From: Lachnospiraceae bacterium
Lineage (GTDB): Bacteria; Bacillota; Clostridia; Lachnospirales; Lachnospiraceae
Direction of reading: 5' to 3'
Length of the DNA: 64,000 bases
Assembly (NCBI GenBank): GCA_016281605.1
Contig: JAEEJA010000037.1
Span: forward strand, 985 to 64,984
Part shown: one piece after another, positions 25,052 through 34,983 of the stretch
Layout: each line of letters starts with the position of its first letter
Numbering within the stretch: position 1 is the stretch's first letter
Notes under the pieces: generated by a model
What the model saw: the letters and a program-made list of their open reading frames with translations, nothing else
Databases searched by the model: none
Told to the model about the DNA's origin: nothing
Translations under genes and position numbers: made by a program

Positions 25052-26011
25052 ATGGAAGAGTGTAAGTATTATATAATCTCAAATAATCTCAGTGGAAGTG
25101 GCAGAGAATATAGGACTGTCATAAGAATTCTCAAGATGTTTAAGAAGTCTGATATCCCTTACAAGGCTTATATGACTAAGTATAAGGGGCATGCAAGATT
25201 TCTTGCCGGAAAGATCACAAAGGATATTGCACCTGATAGAGAGATTCACATTATAGTACTGGGTGGAGACGGTACTGTAAATGAAGTGTTAAATGGTATT
25301 GTCGATCTTTCGAAGGTTATCCTAAGTGTATATCCAACAGGGTCCGGAAATGATTTTATCAGAGGTCTTCGTATAAAGAGGACACCTGAAGAGTTTTTCG
25401 AGGCTGTTACAGGAGAAAAAGAACCCTTCTCGATTGATTTGGGAAAGATTTATTTTGCTGATGGGACATCACATCTTTTTGGCATAAGTACAGGAATCGG
25501 AATGGATGCACTTGTGTGCAGAAAGGCTGGAAACTCTTTATTAAAGCCGATTCTCAACAAGCTTAACGCAGGGAAGCTTACCTACATCTTACTTACCATA
25601 GAGACACTCTTTACCATGAGATATGTACAGTGTGATATAGCTTATACACTTCTTTCGGAGAGTGGAGAGGTAACATATCAGAAACTTCATCTCGATAGGA
25701 TGATATACATGGCTGTTCTCAATGCTTATGCTGAGGGGGGCGGTGTTAAGATGGCTCCGGGAGCTAAGATGAATGATAACTTATTTAATATTTGCGGTGC
25801 TCATGGCATGACAAGGATTAGAGGGTTTATGACCTTACCTTCTTTGGCACGAGGAAACCATAAAGGCAAGCGTGGTATACATACCGACGAAACTTATTCC
25901 TTTACTTTAAAAACATCTTCACCTATGGTTGTTCATACTGACGGTGAAGATATGGGAGAAAGAGATTATATGCATGTTGAGTGTCTTTTTGATGCTATTA
26001 GAATGGTATGA
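25052..26011 (+). CDS. Diacylglycerol kinase family lipid kinase (YegS/BmrU-like)
   Basis: IIVLGGDGTVNEVLNG and PTGSGNDF motifs. The ORF track starts at GTG 25040; the ATG at 25052 is more plausible. Confidence 0.85.
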   Translation: MEECKYYIISNNLSGSGREYRTVIRILKMFKKSDIPYKAYMTKYKGHARFLAGKITKDIAPDREIHIIVLGGDGTVNEVLNGIVDLSKVILSVYPTGSGNDFIRGLRIKRTPEEFFEAVTGEKEPFSIDLGKIYFADGTSHLFGISTGIGMDALVCRKAGNSLLKPILNKLNAGKLTYILLTIETLFTMRYVQCDIAYTLLSESGEVTYQKLHLDRMIYMAVLNAYAEGGGVKMAPGAKMNDNLFNICGAHGMTRIRGFMTLPSLARGNHKGKRGIHTDETYSFTLKTSSPMVVHTDGEDMGERDYMHVECLFDAIRMV

Positions 26012-26139
26012 TGTTTACACTTTTTTAACAAAGTAAAGATTGATTTTTTTACCAAGGTGTTGTACAATTTCTAATGGGTAATTTTGATTTTTTATGTCAG
26101 AATAAATGGTGATTAAGTACATTCATAAGGGGGATAATT

Positions 26140-27441
26140 ATGACCACAGAATACAAAGATACTCTGAAGATGCTTCAGACACTAACTAAAACTACAGATT
26201 ACTTAAGAAAAAACAACTTAAAAACAGTTAATGCTAAGATGCTTCCTGCCTTTAATCAGATTTATACAGGTATTTCCACATTGACTGATTCATTTTACGG
26301 TTGTGCACAGCTAGAAGGCAATAAGGTTTTAGATAACCTGAAGGATGCTATGGATAATGGCGCTGCGCTTTCAGCTTTCTTTGAAGAGTTTGATAAGTGG
26401 AATTCTATATTATCCACTGATTTAGAAACCCTCAATGGTTACGCAATCAAGTTAGATTATGATTTCCATAAGCTTATGATTAGAATTCATAACATCTCTT
26501 CTGAAGATTTAATCGCAAATCTCAAGAAAGAGCTTGATAAGCTTAAATCAAAGTCTGAAAATAATTATAAAAAGCTCATTGAATTTTTAAACAGCTTCTC
26601 ATATTATTGGGGAAAGCTTGATCCTGAGAAGGATGAATTTGAGCATTTTGAGACATGTGTAAGCGAACTTAAGGAGCATGCTGAAAAGTATATCTGGTTA
26701 TACGATATGCTTGCAGATATGCGTTCTAAAAAAGTTCTCTACGGAATTATTAAATTCTGGATTGATCTTGACTTTGATTACAAGAATACATTAGTTGAAA
26801 AGAACTTTGATTCTTACTTTGATATGGATATCTTAAAGGGAATGTCAGGAGAGGAAGTAATAGTTGATTGTGGCGCATACACCGGCGATTCCATTCTTTC
26901 TTATCTTGAGAACTTTACAGGATATAGCAAGGTTTATGCTTATGAGATGGTTCCTTCTATTTTCGAGAAATTAAAGGAAAATCTCAAGGACTATGAGAAT
27001 ATCGAGTTCCATAATGCTGCTATTTCAAGTAACGCGATGTCAAAGAAGAAAGTATTTATAAATGATAACTCTAAGGTATCCACTATTTCTCTTAAGGATC
27101 CTGAGAATGCATCTGTTTATGATGACGAAGCGTCTGTTCCAAATAAGCCTGACTCAAAGGTACCTGTTGAAATGACAACCATAGATCATGAGATACCTGA
27201 GAAGATTACATTTATCAAGATGGATATAGAGGGTTCTGAGACAGATGCCATAAAGGGTGGTAAGAACCACATTAAGATCGATAAACCTAAGATGGCTATA
27301 GCTGCTTACCATAAGTACAGTGATCTTTGGGATTTAGCAGAGATGCTCAATAAGCTAAATAGCAACTATCGCTTCTATCTGCGTTACAACGGAGCATCAA
27401 ACGGCTATATGACTTCAGAGTATGTGCTTTATGCAGTATAG
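26140..27441 (+). CDS. FkbM-family SAM-dependent methyltransferase with an N-terminal domain of about 220 aa of unknown function
   Basis: C-terminal VIVDCGAYTGDS ... FIKMDIEGSE motifs (FkbM type). GGGGA RBS. Confidence 0.7.
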   Translation: MTTEYKDTLKMLQTLTKTTDYLRKNNLKTVNAKMLPAFNQIYTGISTLTDSFYGCAQLEGNKVLDNLKDAMDNGAALSAFFEEFDKWNSILSTDLETLNGYAIKLDYDFHKLMIRIHNISSEDLIANLKKELDKLKSKSENNYKKLIEFLNSFSYYWGKLDPEKDEFEHFETCVSELKEHAEKYIWLYDMLADMRSKKVLYGIIKFWIDLDFDYKNTLVEKNFDSYFDMDILKGMSGEEVIVDCGAYTGDSILSYLENFTGYSKVYAYEMVPSIFEKLKENLKDYENIEFHNAAISSNAMSKKKVFINDNSKVSTISLKDPENASVYDDEASVPNKPDSKVPVEMTTIDHEIPEKITFIKMDIEGSETDAIKGGKNHIKIDKPKMAIAAYHKYSDLWDLAEMLNKLNSNYRFYLRYNGASNGYMTSEYVLYAV

Positions 27442-27515
27442 TGATTGAAAACCGGTAAGTTAAGACTTTAGACAAAGAAAAACCACTTCATAATTGATAA
27501 ATACAGTGATTTTAT

Positions 27516-27546
27516 ACACCTAATCTAAACGATTAGGTGTTTTTTT
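27516..27546 (+). terminator. Rho-independent terminator (plus strand)
   Basis: acacctaatc-taaac-gattaggtgt followed by TTTTTT. Confidence 0.8.
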
Positions 27547-27621
27547 GCGATTTTTGGGTTACTTTAGATATTATAGAAGGAAGCAACTCTTGCGGTCAGA
27601 AGCGTGAGCTTACGAATAAGT

Positions 27622-27650
27622 AAAAACGTGGCAACTGTTACGTTGCCACG
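27622..27650 (-). terminator. Rho-independent terminator (minus strand) for 27676-28692
   Basis: cgtggcaac-tgttac-gttgccacg. The A-run at 27622-27626 gives the T-tail on the minus strand. Confidence 0.75.
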
Positions 27651-27675
27651 CCTGCAAAAGGAAACCGCTGCTGGG

Positions 27676-28692
27676 TTATTGCTTAATTTTTAAGGTGTTT
27701 GACCATGCGCTATACTTTTTCTTGCCGCCAACCTTATAGTAGGTGCTTATTCTTATTTCTTTTGTGACTGCAGACGGCTTGAAACATAGAGTTCTGGAGG
27801 ATATCTTACCTGATAAAGGCTTGTAGAACTTCCACTTCTTTCCGTTCTTTACCTGTATTTCCTGGCTGTCACCGGTATACTTATTATAGTTAATAAGAGC
27901 ATACTTGGTTCCTTTATACTTCTTATATGAGATTTTTACTGCCGGCTTAATAGCTGAAGTGCTGGCTTCGGCTTCGGCCACATGTGAGATAAGTTCATAT
28001 TCGAGGCCGTCACCATCTTCCTCATCTTCATCTGTAAGGAAGGCATGAATTGTATAGTAGTAAGTTTTACCGGGAACTACCTCGGTGTCAATGTACTCTG
28101 ATTCATCTGTTTCATCCACATACTCAGGCTCTTCGTCCATTGAAGTGGACTTATAAATTTCATAATATGCCGCCTCATCAAACTCATTCCAACTTATGGA
28201 AAGAGAAGGTGTGTACTTTTTTGCATAAGCTCTTCCGCCTCGACAATAATACTTTTTAGCAGTTGAGCTTTTAAATGTTGAAGTAATGTCAATTTCAAAA
28301 TAATCCTCATTCGGATCTGCGTACTCAGGGAATGGATTAGTATCTTGGGTAGGTGCAGTAGTAGTTGTTGCTGCAGGCGTCTGTTCTGCCTGTGGTTGAG
28401 TGGTTGTAGGATTGGGAACAGTAGTATCAGGGGGAACAACTGTTGGACTTGGAGAAGGAGAATAATTGTCATTATTATCCTCATCGTTATTATCCTCCGA
28501 GTCATCTTCATAGGTTTCATCACTTAAATCGTTCGAGTCATCATTTAAGAGCAAGATGTAATATGAAGCGTTATCATCTGAAAAATACGTGTCCAAATCT
28601 GCTGCAATTGAGCTTTTTTGCGTGGTTACGGTTCCTATTATAAGTGTGCATGTCATAAATGCAGAGAGTATACCTGGTATTTTCTTTCTCAT
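27676..28692 (-). CDS. Secreted protein: signal peptide, acidic Asp/Asn-rich tract, Pro/Thr linker, Fn3-like domain
   Basis: 338 aa. N-terminus MRKKIPGILSAFMTCTLIIGTV. SPSPSPTVVPPDTTVPNPTTTQP linker. Fn3-like WNEFDEAAYYEIYKS...GKTYYYTIHAF. Confidence 0.6.
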   Translation of the reverse strand: MRKKIPGILSAFMTCTLIIGTVTTQKSSIAADLDTYFSDDNASYYILLLNDDSNDLSDETYEDDSEDNNDEDNNDNYSPSPSPTVVPPDTTVPNPTTTQPQAEQTPAATTTTAPTQDTNPFPEYADPNEDYFEIDITSTFKSSTAKKYYCRGGRAYAKKYTPSLSISWNEFDEAAYYEIYKSTSMDEEPEYVDETDESEYIDTEVVPGKTYYYTIHAFLTDEDEEDGDGLEYELISHVAEAEASTSAIKPAVKISYKKYKGTKYALINYNKYTGDSQEIQVKNGKKWKFYKPLSGKISSRTLCFKPSAVTKEIRISTYYKVGGKKKYSAWSNTLKIKQ

Positions 28693-28931
28693 AGACCATA
28701 TGGCAAAGTAGTTTATTGGACATACCTCGCCTTCTCCTTTCTTTTTTTCCCTATTCTTTTGTAAATAACCGTTTATTTATCTTATCCACGATAAATAATT
28801 ACATATATTTTACTATTATTCGAATAATATGACAAGTGCAATACAGCAAAAATCGACATTTGTCAATGACAATTGAGAAAAACCAATTTTAAGTGACAAA
28901 AATTTTAAAATGTGTTATAATTAAATAGGTT

Positions 28932-30398
28932 ATGTCTTTTGCGAGTTTTTATTTCGGATTAGACAGAAAAGCAAAAAAGGGATCATGTATAAAGATGGAA
29001 AAGAAAGAAAGAAGTACCTTTAAAGGTTCACTAGGATTTGTTCTCGCAGCTGCCGGAAGCGCGGTAGGACTGGGAAATATATGGAGATTTTCATATCTTG
29101 CGGCAAGAGATGGAGGTGGAATTTTCGTTATTACTTACATAGTACTTGCTATTACCTTTGGTTTTACCCTTCTTACAACTGAAATTGCTATAGGTAGAAA
29201 AACAAGACAAAGCCCGCTTACAGCTTATACAAAGCTTAATAAAAAATGGAAGCCACTAGGTGTTCTTTCATCTGTGATTCCGCTTCTTATTATGCCCTAC
29301 TACTGTGCTATTGGAGGATGGGTATTAAAGTATTTTGTGGTATTTTTAACAGGAAATGGTAAAAAAGCTGCTGACAGCTCCTTCTTCTCAGCATTTATAG
29401 GAGATAAGTACCAGCCCTTGATTTTTATGTTTATCTTCTTGATTTTGTGTGCTTTTGTTGTATATAAAGGCGTAAATAAGGGAATTGAGAATTCATCAAA
29501 GGTAATTATGCCGATATTACTTATAATGATTATAGGTATAGCTATATTTTCTCTTACTTTAAAGGAAGTAGGTGATGACGGTAAGTTACATACGGGACTT
29601 CAGGGACTTAAGGTCTTTTTGATACCTAATTTTAAGGGTGTAACGCTGAAGAGTTTCTTTTTCATCGTAGTTGATGCTTTAGGACAGCTGTTTTACAGCT
29701 TAAGTATTGCTATGGGTATTATGATTGCCTATGGTTCATACGTACCTGATGAAGATAACCTTTCAAAGTCCATTAATCAGATAGAGATATTTGATACAGC
29801 AGTTGCAATTCTTGCAGGAATTATGATTATACCGGCAGTTTATGTATTTAATGGAACCGATGGTATGGAGGCAGGTCCTTCGCTAATGTTTGTTTCTCTA
29901 CCGAAGATATTTTCATCTATGGGAAAAATCGGAAACAGCGTAGGTTCTGTATTCTTTGCTATGGTACTTTTTGCTGCGGCTACCAGTGCTATATCCATTA
30001 TGGAGGCTATAGTAGCTTCGATTATGGATAGGTTTAAAATGTCCAGAAGGAGTGCTACTCTTACAGAGACTATTATTGCTCTTGTTATAGGTATGTTTGT
30101 CTGCCTGGGTTATAATATCTTATATTTTGATATCACACTTCCAAACGGAGTGCACGCACAGATACTTGATATACTCGATTACATCAGTAATTATGTATTG
30201 ATGCCTATAGTAGCTATAGCCACATGTATCCTCATTGGATGGGTAATGAAAGCTGAGTATGTTATAGATGAGGTAACAAAAAATGGAGAAAAGTTTGCCA
30301 GAAGGGGTCTTTATAAAGTAATGGTAAAGTATATTGCACCGATTCTGCTTATCATACTTTTCACAATGTCAGTTGGTGTATTAAATCTGTTTAGTTGA
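28932..30398 (+). CDS. Sodium-dependent transporter, NSS/SNF family
   Basis: GSAVGLGNIWRFSYLAARDGGG signature and about 11-12 TM segments. The likely true start is the ATG at 28995 (MEKKERSTFKG). Confidence 0.9.
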   Translation: MSFASFYFGLDRKAKKGSCIKMEKKERSTFKGSLGFVLAAAGSAVGLGNIWRFSYLAARDGGGIFVITYIVLAITFGFTLLTTEIAIGRKTRQSPLTAYTKLNKKWKPLGVLSSVIPLLIMPYYCAIGGWVLKYFVVFLTGNGKKAADSSFFSAFIGDKYQPLIFMFIFLILCAFVVYKGVNKGIENSSKVIMPILLIMIIGIAIFSLTLKEVGDDGKLHTGLQGLKVFLIPNFKGVTLKSFFFIVVDALGQLFYSLSIAMGIMIAYGSYVPDEDNLSKSINQIEIFDTAVAILAGIMIIPAVYVFNGTDGMEAGPSLMFVSLPKIFSSMGKIGNSVGSVFFAMVLFAAATSAISIMEAIVASIMDRFKMSRRSATLTETIIALVIGMFVCLGYNILYFDITLPNGVHAQILDILDYISNYVLMPIVAIATCILIGWVMKAEYVIDEVTKNGEKFARRGLYKVMVKYIAPILLIILFTMSVGVLNLFS

Positions 30399-30437
30399 TA
30401 ACCCAATGGCAGCTAAAATTTAGTTTACCTTAGTTTT

Positions 30438-30483
30438 AAGAAATCCCACACATTTAAGTTTAAGCGTAGGTGAGATCTTGATA
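30438..30483 (+). repeat. Conserved ~45-nt intergenic motif, copy F (more diverged)
   Basis: aagaaatcccacacatttaagtttaagcgtaggtgagatcttgata aligns with 6125-6170 and 56697-56742. Confidence 0.45.
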
Positions 30484-30550
30484 ATTTTTTTTCAGATAAT
30501 AAAACATGTAAAAATACAAGTTTAATGGGAAGGAAATAATAAATCATTAT

Positions 30551-32026
30551 ATGATTGTCATAGATATACCGGGAAGTGTTGCATTCATCCTGGATAAATT
30601 AGAAAAAGCCGGATATGAAGCTTACATAGTCGGCGGCTGCGTAAGAGATGCGATACTGGGGAAAAGTCCCAGTGATTGGGATATAACCACTAGTGCATTG
30701 CCTTCACAGGTTAAAGAGATATTTCATAAGACAATTGATACAGGGCTGCAACATGGAACTGTTACGGTCATGATGAAGGGTGAGGGTTATGAAGTTACGA
30801 CCTACCGCATAGATGGTGAGTACGAAGACGGAAGGCACCCTAAGGAGGTTTCCTATACTTTAAGTTTGGATGAAGACCTTAAAAGACGGGATTTTACAAT
30901 AAATGCAATGGCTTATAATCCTAGAACCGGTTTAGTCGATAGATTTGATGGTCAGAAGGATTTAGAAAATGGGATTATCAGGTGTGTAGGAGATCCTGAT
31001 GAAAGGTTTTCAGAGGATGCTTTGAGAATAATGAGAGCTGTACGGTTTTCTGGACAGCTTGGATTTAAGATTGATAAGAAAACATTTGAGGCTATAGAGA
31101 ATCATTATGAGGATTTAAGGAAGGTCAGCTGGGAACGCATAAGGGTTGAGCTTATAAAGCTTATCGTATCTGCTCATGCCGACAGACTGTACGCCCTTTC
31201 CGACAGCAAGATACTTGGTGTGATTCTTCCTGAGATGGTTCCTTGTGTTGGTTGTGATCACGACAACGATCATCATATCTATGATGTTTATGAACATATT
31301 GTTCACTCGGTTCAAAATATGAATTATTTTTTCGGAAATAATGATTTTGAATCCTATACAGAAGAGCAGACAATGGGTTTTGACGAAGAGAAAAAGAGAT
31401 TGTATAAAAAATATTTGAAAGAGGCTGCCAAAATTGCAAAGGAAGTAATAGATAAGGCAGATGATAAAGATCATACAATCCTTTCTACAACCATGTTTTT
31501 ACATGATATCGAGAAGCCTTCCTGCAAAAGCTTTGATGGAAAAAAGGTGCACTTTTTCGGACATCCGGAAGCAGGAGCACAGACTGCAGATAAGATCTTA
31601 AGGAGACTTACCTATGATAATGATTCTATCGACACTATCCGAAAGCTTATCAGGTGGCACGATTACAGGGATTACAGAAAAGAAATCAAGGTAAGACATC
31701 TTATCCATAAAGTTGGAAAAGAAGATATATTGAAATTATTTGTGGTTCAGTTTGCAGATGTACTTGCACAAAATCCTGACAAATTTGATGATAAATTTGA
31801 AAAGCTTTTTTATACATTTGAACTGACAAAAAAAGTATTAAATTCCGATGCTGTTTTTCAGATAAAGGATTTGGAAATAAATGGAAATGACCTCATAGAT
31901 ATGGGGTTTGTAAGAGGACCTATGATTGGAGCGATTTTAAACGAACTTCTCCAAAAAGTTCTCAACGAGCCGGAATTAAATCGGCATGATACGTTGATTA
32001 GTATTGCCAAAGAACACTTGACATAA
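30551..32026 (+). CDS. cca: CCA-adding tRNA nucleotidyltransferase with HD domain
   Basis: GGCVRDAILGKSPSDWDITT, RRDFTINAMA, and an HD region FLHDIEKP. 491 aa. Confidence 0.85.
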   Translation: MIVIDIPGSVAFILDKLEKAGYEAYIVGGCVRDAILGKSPSDWDITTSALPSQVKEIFHKTIDTGLQHGTVTVMMKGEGYEVTTYRIDGEYEDGRHPKEVSYTLSLDEDLKRRDFTINAMAYNPRTGLVDRFDGQKDLENGIIRCVGDPDERFSEDALRIMRAVRFSGQLGFKIDKKTFEAIENHYEDLRKVSWERIRVELIKLIVSAHADRLYALSDSKILGVILPEMVPCVGCDHDNDHHIYDVYEHIVHSVQNMNYFFGNNDFESYTEEQTMGFDEEKKRLYKKYLKEAAKIAKEVIDKADDKDHTILSTTMFLHDIEKPSCKSFDGKKVHFFGHPEAGAQTADKILRRLTYDNDSIDTIRKLIRWHDYRDYRKEIKVRHLIHKVGKEDILKLFVVQFADVLAQNPDKFDDKFEKLFYTFELTKKVLNSDAVFQIKDLEINGNDLIDMGFVRGPMIGAILNELLQKVLNEPELNRHDTLISIAKEHLT

Positions 32027-32027
32027 G

Positions 32028-34187
32028 GTGGTGTTAAAGTTAACTATGAGTTGGTACATAAATTTTAATAAATTAAATAAAACTCAAAAGCTTGGATTAT
32101 ACATGGATAATCTGACCAGTCTTTTTGACAGTCAGGCGCTTTTTGCGGACGGAACGTCCTTTTACAGGGAGCCGCCCGAGCCTGACTTTGATGAAGAGGT
32201 CACTATCAGATTTAGAGCCGGAAGAGAAAACTTAGACAGCTGTTTTCTGGTTGTAAATGATGTAAAATATCCCATGGAAAAAATCTTTAATGACAGAAAG
32301 TTTGATTATTACGAATATACGATAAATGTTGGAACACAGCAGCTTTTCTATTACTTTGAGATTAAAAGCGCAGGCTTGACATTTTACTATAATTCTATAG
32401 GTGTTCTTAAGGAGTTAAACAATAATTACAACTTTACCATTACACCTGGATTTAAGACACCGGATTGGGCAAAGGGCGCAGTATTTTATCAGATTTACAT
32501 CGATAGATTTTTCAACGGAGATGAATCCAATGACGTACTTTCTGATGAGTATTTTTATATCGGAGATGCGTCGGTTAAGGTGGATGATTGGAACAAGTAT
32601 CCTGCGCAGATGGGCGTCAGAGAGTTCTACGGCGGAGACCTTAGGGGTGTCCTAAGAAAAATGGATTACTTACAAGAGCTTGGTGTAGATGCGATTTACT
32701 TCAATCCTCTTTTTGTATCACCATCCAATCATAAGTATGACAGCCAGGATTATGATTATATCGATCCCCATGTGGGAGTTATCATAAAGGATGAGGGTGA
32801 GCTCATAGGAAGAGATGAGCATGGAAATCTTTTATATGATCCGAGCGCGCCTAATAAGGACGCAACCCGTTATATAACCAGAGTTACTGACAAATCCAAT
32901 CTTGAGGCTACCAACAGCCTTTTTATCAAGGTTGTGGAAGAAGCTCACAGAAGAGGTATAAAGGTTATTCTTGATGGTGTATTTAATCACTGCGGCTCAT
33001 TTAATAAGTGGTTAGACAGAGAAAGAATATATGAAAATGCCGATGGTTACGCAAAAGGTGCTTACGTGGACAAGAACAGCCCTTACAATAAGTTCTTTAA
33101 GTTCAGAACCGATGCATGGCCTTATAATTATAGTTATGATGGCTGGTGGGGACATGACACTCTGCCAAAGCTAAATTACGAAGAATCTCCGGAGCTCGTT
33201 AATTATATTATGAATGTGGCGAGAAAATGGGTTTCTCCGCCTTTCAATGCAGATGGATGGCGTCTCGACGTTGCTGCCGATCTCGGTCAGTCAGAGGAAT
33301 TTAATCATGAGTTTTGGAGAGAATTTCGTCGTAATGTAAAGGAAGCAAATCCGGATGCTATTATATTGGCGGAGCATTATGGGGATCCGAAGGAGTGGCT
33401 TCGTGGCGACCAGTGGGATACTGTCATGAACTACGATGCATTTATGGAGCCTCTCACATGGTTCTTAACAGGTATGGAAAAGCATAGTGACGAGTATCAT
33501 GAAGATATGCTTGGTAATGCAGATGCTTTCTTTGGGGCTATGGGGCACTTTATGTCCAGATTTAACACCCAGTCCTTATTTGTGGCTATGAATGAATTAT
33601 CAAATCATGATCATTCAAGATTTTTGACTCGAACCAATCACAGAGTGGGACGTACCCATACTGTTGGACCGGAGGCAGCAAATGAGGGAGTTGACAAGGG
33701 AGTGCTGATGCTTGCTGTCATGGTTCAGATGACATGGCCCGGAGCACCGACTATATACTATGGAGATGAGGCGGGTGTCTGCGGATGGACAGACCCTGAT
33801 AACAGACGTACATATCCATGGGGTAAGGAGGATATAGATCTTATCAATTATCATAAGCAGATGATAAACATACATAAGAGACATCAGGTTTTTAAAACCG
33901 GTTCCATCCTGTTTTTGAAGAAGGATTATAATATCATCTGTTACGGAAGATTTGACAGAAAAGAGAAAATTGTAGTCGTTATAAATAACAATGATTATGA
34001 GAAAGAGATAGATATTCCGGTTTGGCGAATCGGTGTTGAGAAGGGTGAGAGAATGGTAAGAGAGATAGTAACCGATCATAACTCATATTCACTCAGTACC
34101 TTAATCTATGAACATAACGGCGGAATTATAAAATTCAAGTGTCAGCCGAAGTCGGGCGCTATACTTACCAGTATCGGAAAGGAATAG
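32028..34187 (+). CDS. GH13 alpha-glucosidase-family enzyme (neopullulanase / cyclomaltodextrinase-like)
   Basis: GH13 conserved regions DAIYFNPLF, GWRLDVA, ILAEHYG, NHDHSR, plus AVFYQIYIDRFFNGD. The start is uncertain (GTG 32028, ATG 32046 or ATG 32103). Confidence 0.85.
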   Translation: MVLKLTMSWYINFNKLNKTQKLGLYMDNLTSLFDSQALFADGTSFYREPPEPDFDEEVTIRFRAGRENLDSCFLVVNDVKYPMEKIFNDRKFDYYEYTINVGTQQLFYYFEIKSAGLTFYYNSIGVLKELNNNYNFTITPGFKTPDWAKGAVFYQIYIDRFFNGDESNDVLSDEYFYIGDASVKVDDWNKYPAQMGVREFYGGDLRGVLRKMDYLQELGVDAIYFNPLFVSPSNHKYDSQDYDYIDPHVGVIIKDEGELIGRDEHGNLLYDPSAPNKDATRYITRVTDKSNLEATNSLFIKVVEEAHRRGIKVILDGVFNHCGSFNKWLDRERIYENADGYAKGAYVDKNSPYNKFFKFRTDAWPYNYSYDGWWGHDTLPKLNYEESPELVNYIMNVARKWVSPPFNADGWRLDVAADLGQSEEFNHEFWREFRRNVKEANPDAIILAEHYGDPKEWLRGDQWDTVMNYDAFMEPLTWFLTGMEKHSDEYHEDMLGNADAFFGAMGHFMSRFNTQSLFVAMNELSNHDHSRFLTRTNHRVGRTHTVGPEAANEGVDKGVLMLAVMVQMTWPGAPTIYYGDEAGVCGWTDPDNRRTYPWGKEDIDLINYHKQMINIHKRHQVFKTGSILFLKKDYNIICYGRFDRKEKIVVVINNNDYEKEIDIPVWRIGVEKGERMVREIVTDHNSYSLSTLIYEHNGGIIKFKCQPKSGAILTSIGKE

Positions 34188-34193
34188 GAAAGC

Positions 34194-34940
34194 ATGCATA
34201 GGTTTTACATAAACAGCAATCAGCTTGAGGATGATACCATCATTATTGATGGGTCCGACGTAAATCATATAGTAAATGTGCTGAGACTCAAAAAAGGTGA
34301 AAAAATAATCGCCTGTAACGGAGAGGGCATAGAGTATACAGGAAGTATAGAGGATTATGATAAAGAAACGGTTAGAGTAAAGGTTTTGGATGTAAATGCA
34401 TCATTTTCCGAGCTTTCTGTAAAGACATATCTTTTTCAGGGATTACCAAAGGCTGATAAGATGGACCTTATAGTACAGAAGTCTGTGGAGTTGGGAGTAC
34501 ATAAGATAATCCCGGTTTCATTTGAGAGATCTGTAGTAAAGTTAAATGATAACAAGAAAAAAGAGAAGAAGATAAAAAGGTGGCAGACTATAGCAGAGTC
34601 TGCCGCTTCTCAGTCAGGAAGAGGCATAATTCCTGAGGTTTGTGATGTGCTAAGCTTTAAGGAAGCCTGTGCCATGGCAAAGGAGTTAGAAGGTGCAATT
34701 ATACCCTATGAGCTTCAGGGGGGTATGGCAGAGTCTGCTCTTGCCTTAAAAGAAAGTGCTCACAAAACTTCCCTTGGCATATTTATCGGGCCTGAGGGTG
34801 GTATAAGTGATAATGAAATTGCGTATGCAAAAGAACAGGGAATAATTCCGGTTTCCCTGGGAAAGAGGATACTTAGAACTGAAACCGCACCACTTACAGT
34901 GCTTTCAATTATCATGTTTTTAAATGAGAGCGAGACCTGA
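34194..34940 (+). CDS. rsmE: 16S rRNA (uracil1498-N3)-methyltransferase
   Basis: 248 aa. HRFY N-terminus, PUA-like domain, SPOUT C-terminus GPEGGISDNE...LGKRILRTETA. Confidence 0.85.
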   Translation: MHRFYINSNQLEDDTIIIDGSDVNHIVNVLRLKKGEKIIACNGEGIEYTGSIEDYDKETVRVKVLDVNASFSELSVKTYLFQGLPKADKMDLIVQKSVELGVHKIIPVSFERSVVKLNDNKKKEKKIKRWQTIAESAASQSGRGIIPEVCDVLSFKEACAMAKELEGAIIPYELQGGMAESALALKESAHKTSLGIFIGPEGGISDNEIAYAKEQGIIPVSLGKRILRTETAPLTVLSIIMFLNESET

Positions 34941-34983
34941 TTAAGATATAATAAAAATCAATAAATAAGGTTAGTTAAGTATT

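Noticed and set aside
28860-28872. 13-bp palindrome TTGTCAaTGACAA upstream of the NSS transporter as an operator
   Set aside because: Six-bp arms are expected by chance many times in 64 kb. There is no second copy or supporting context.
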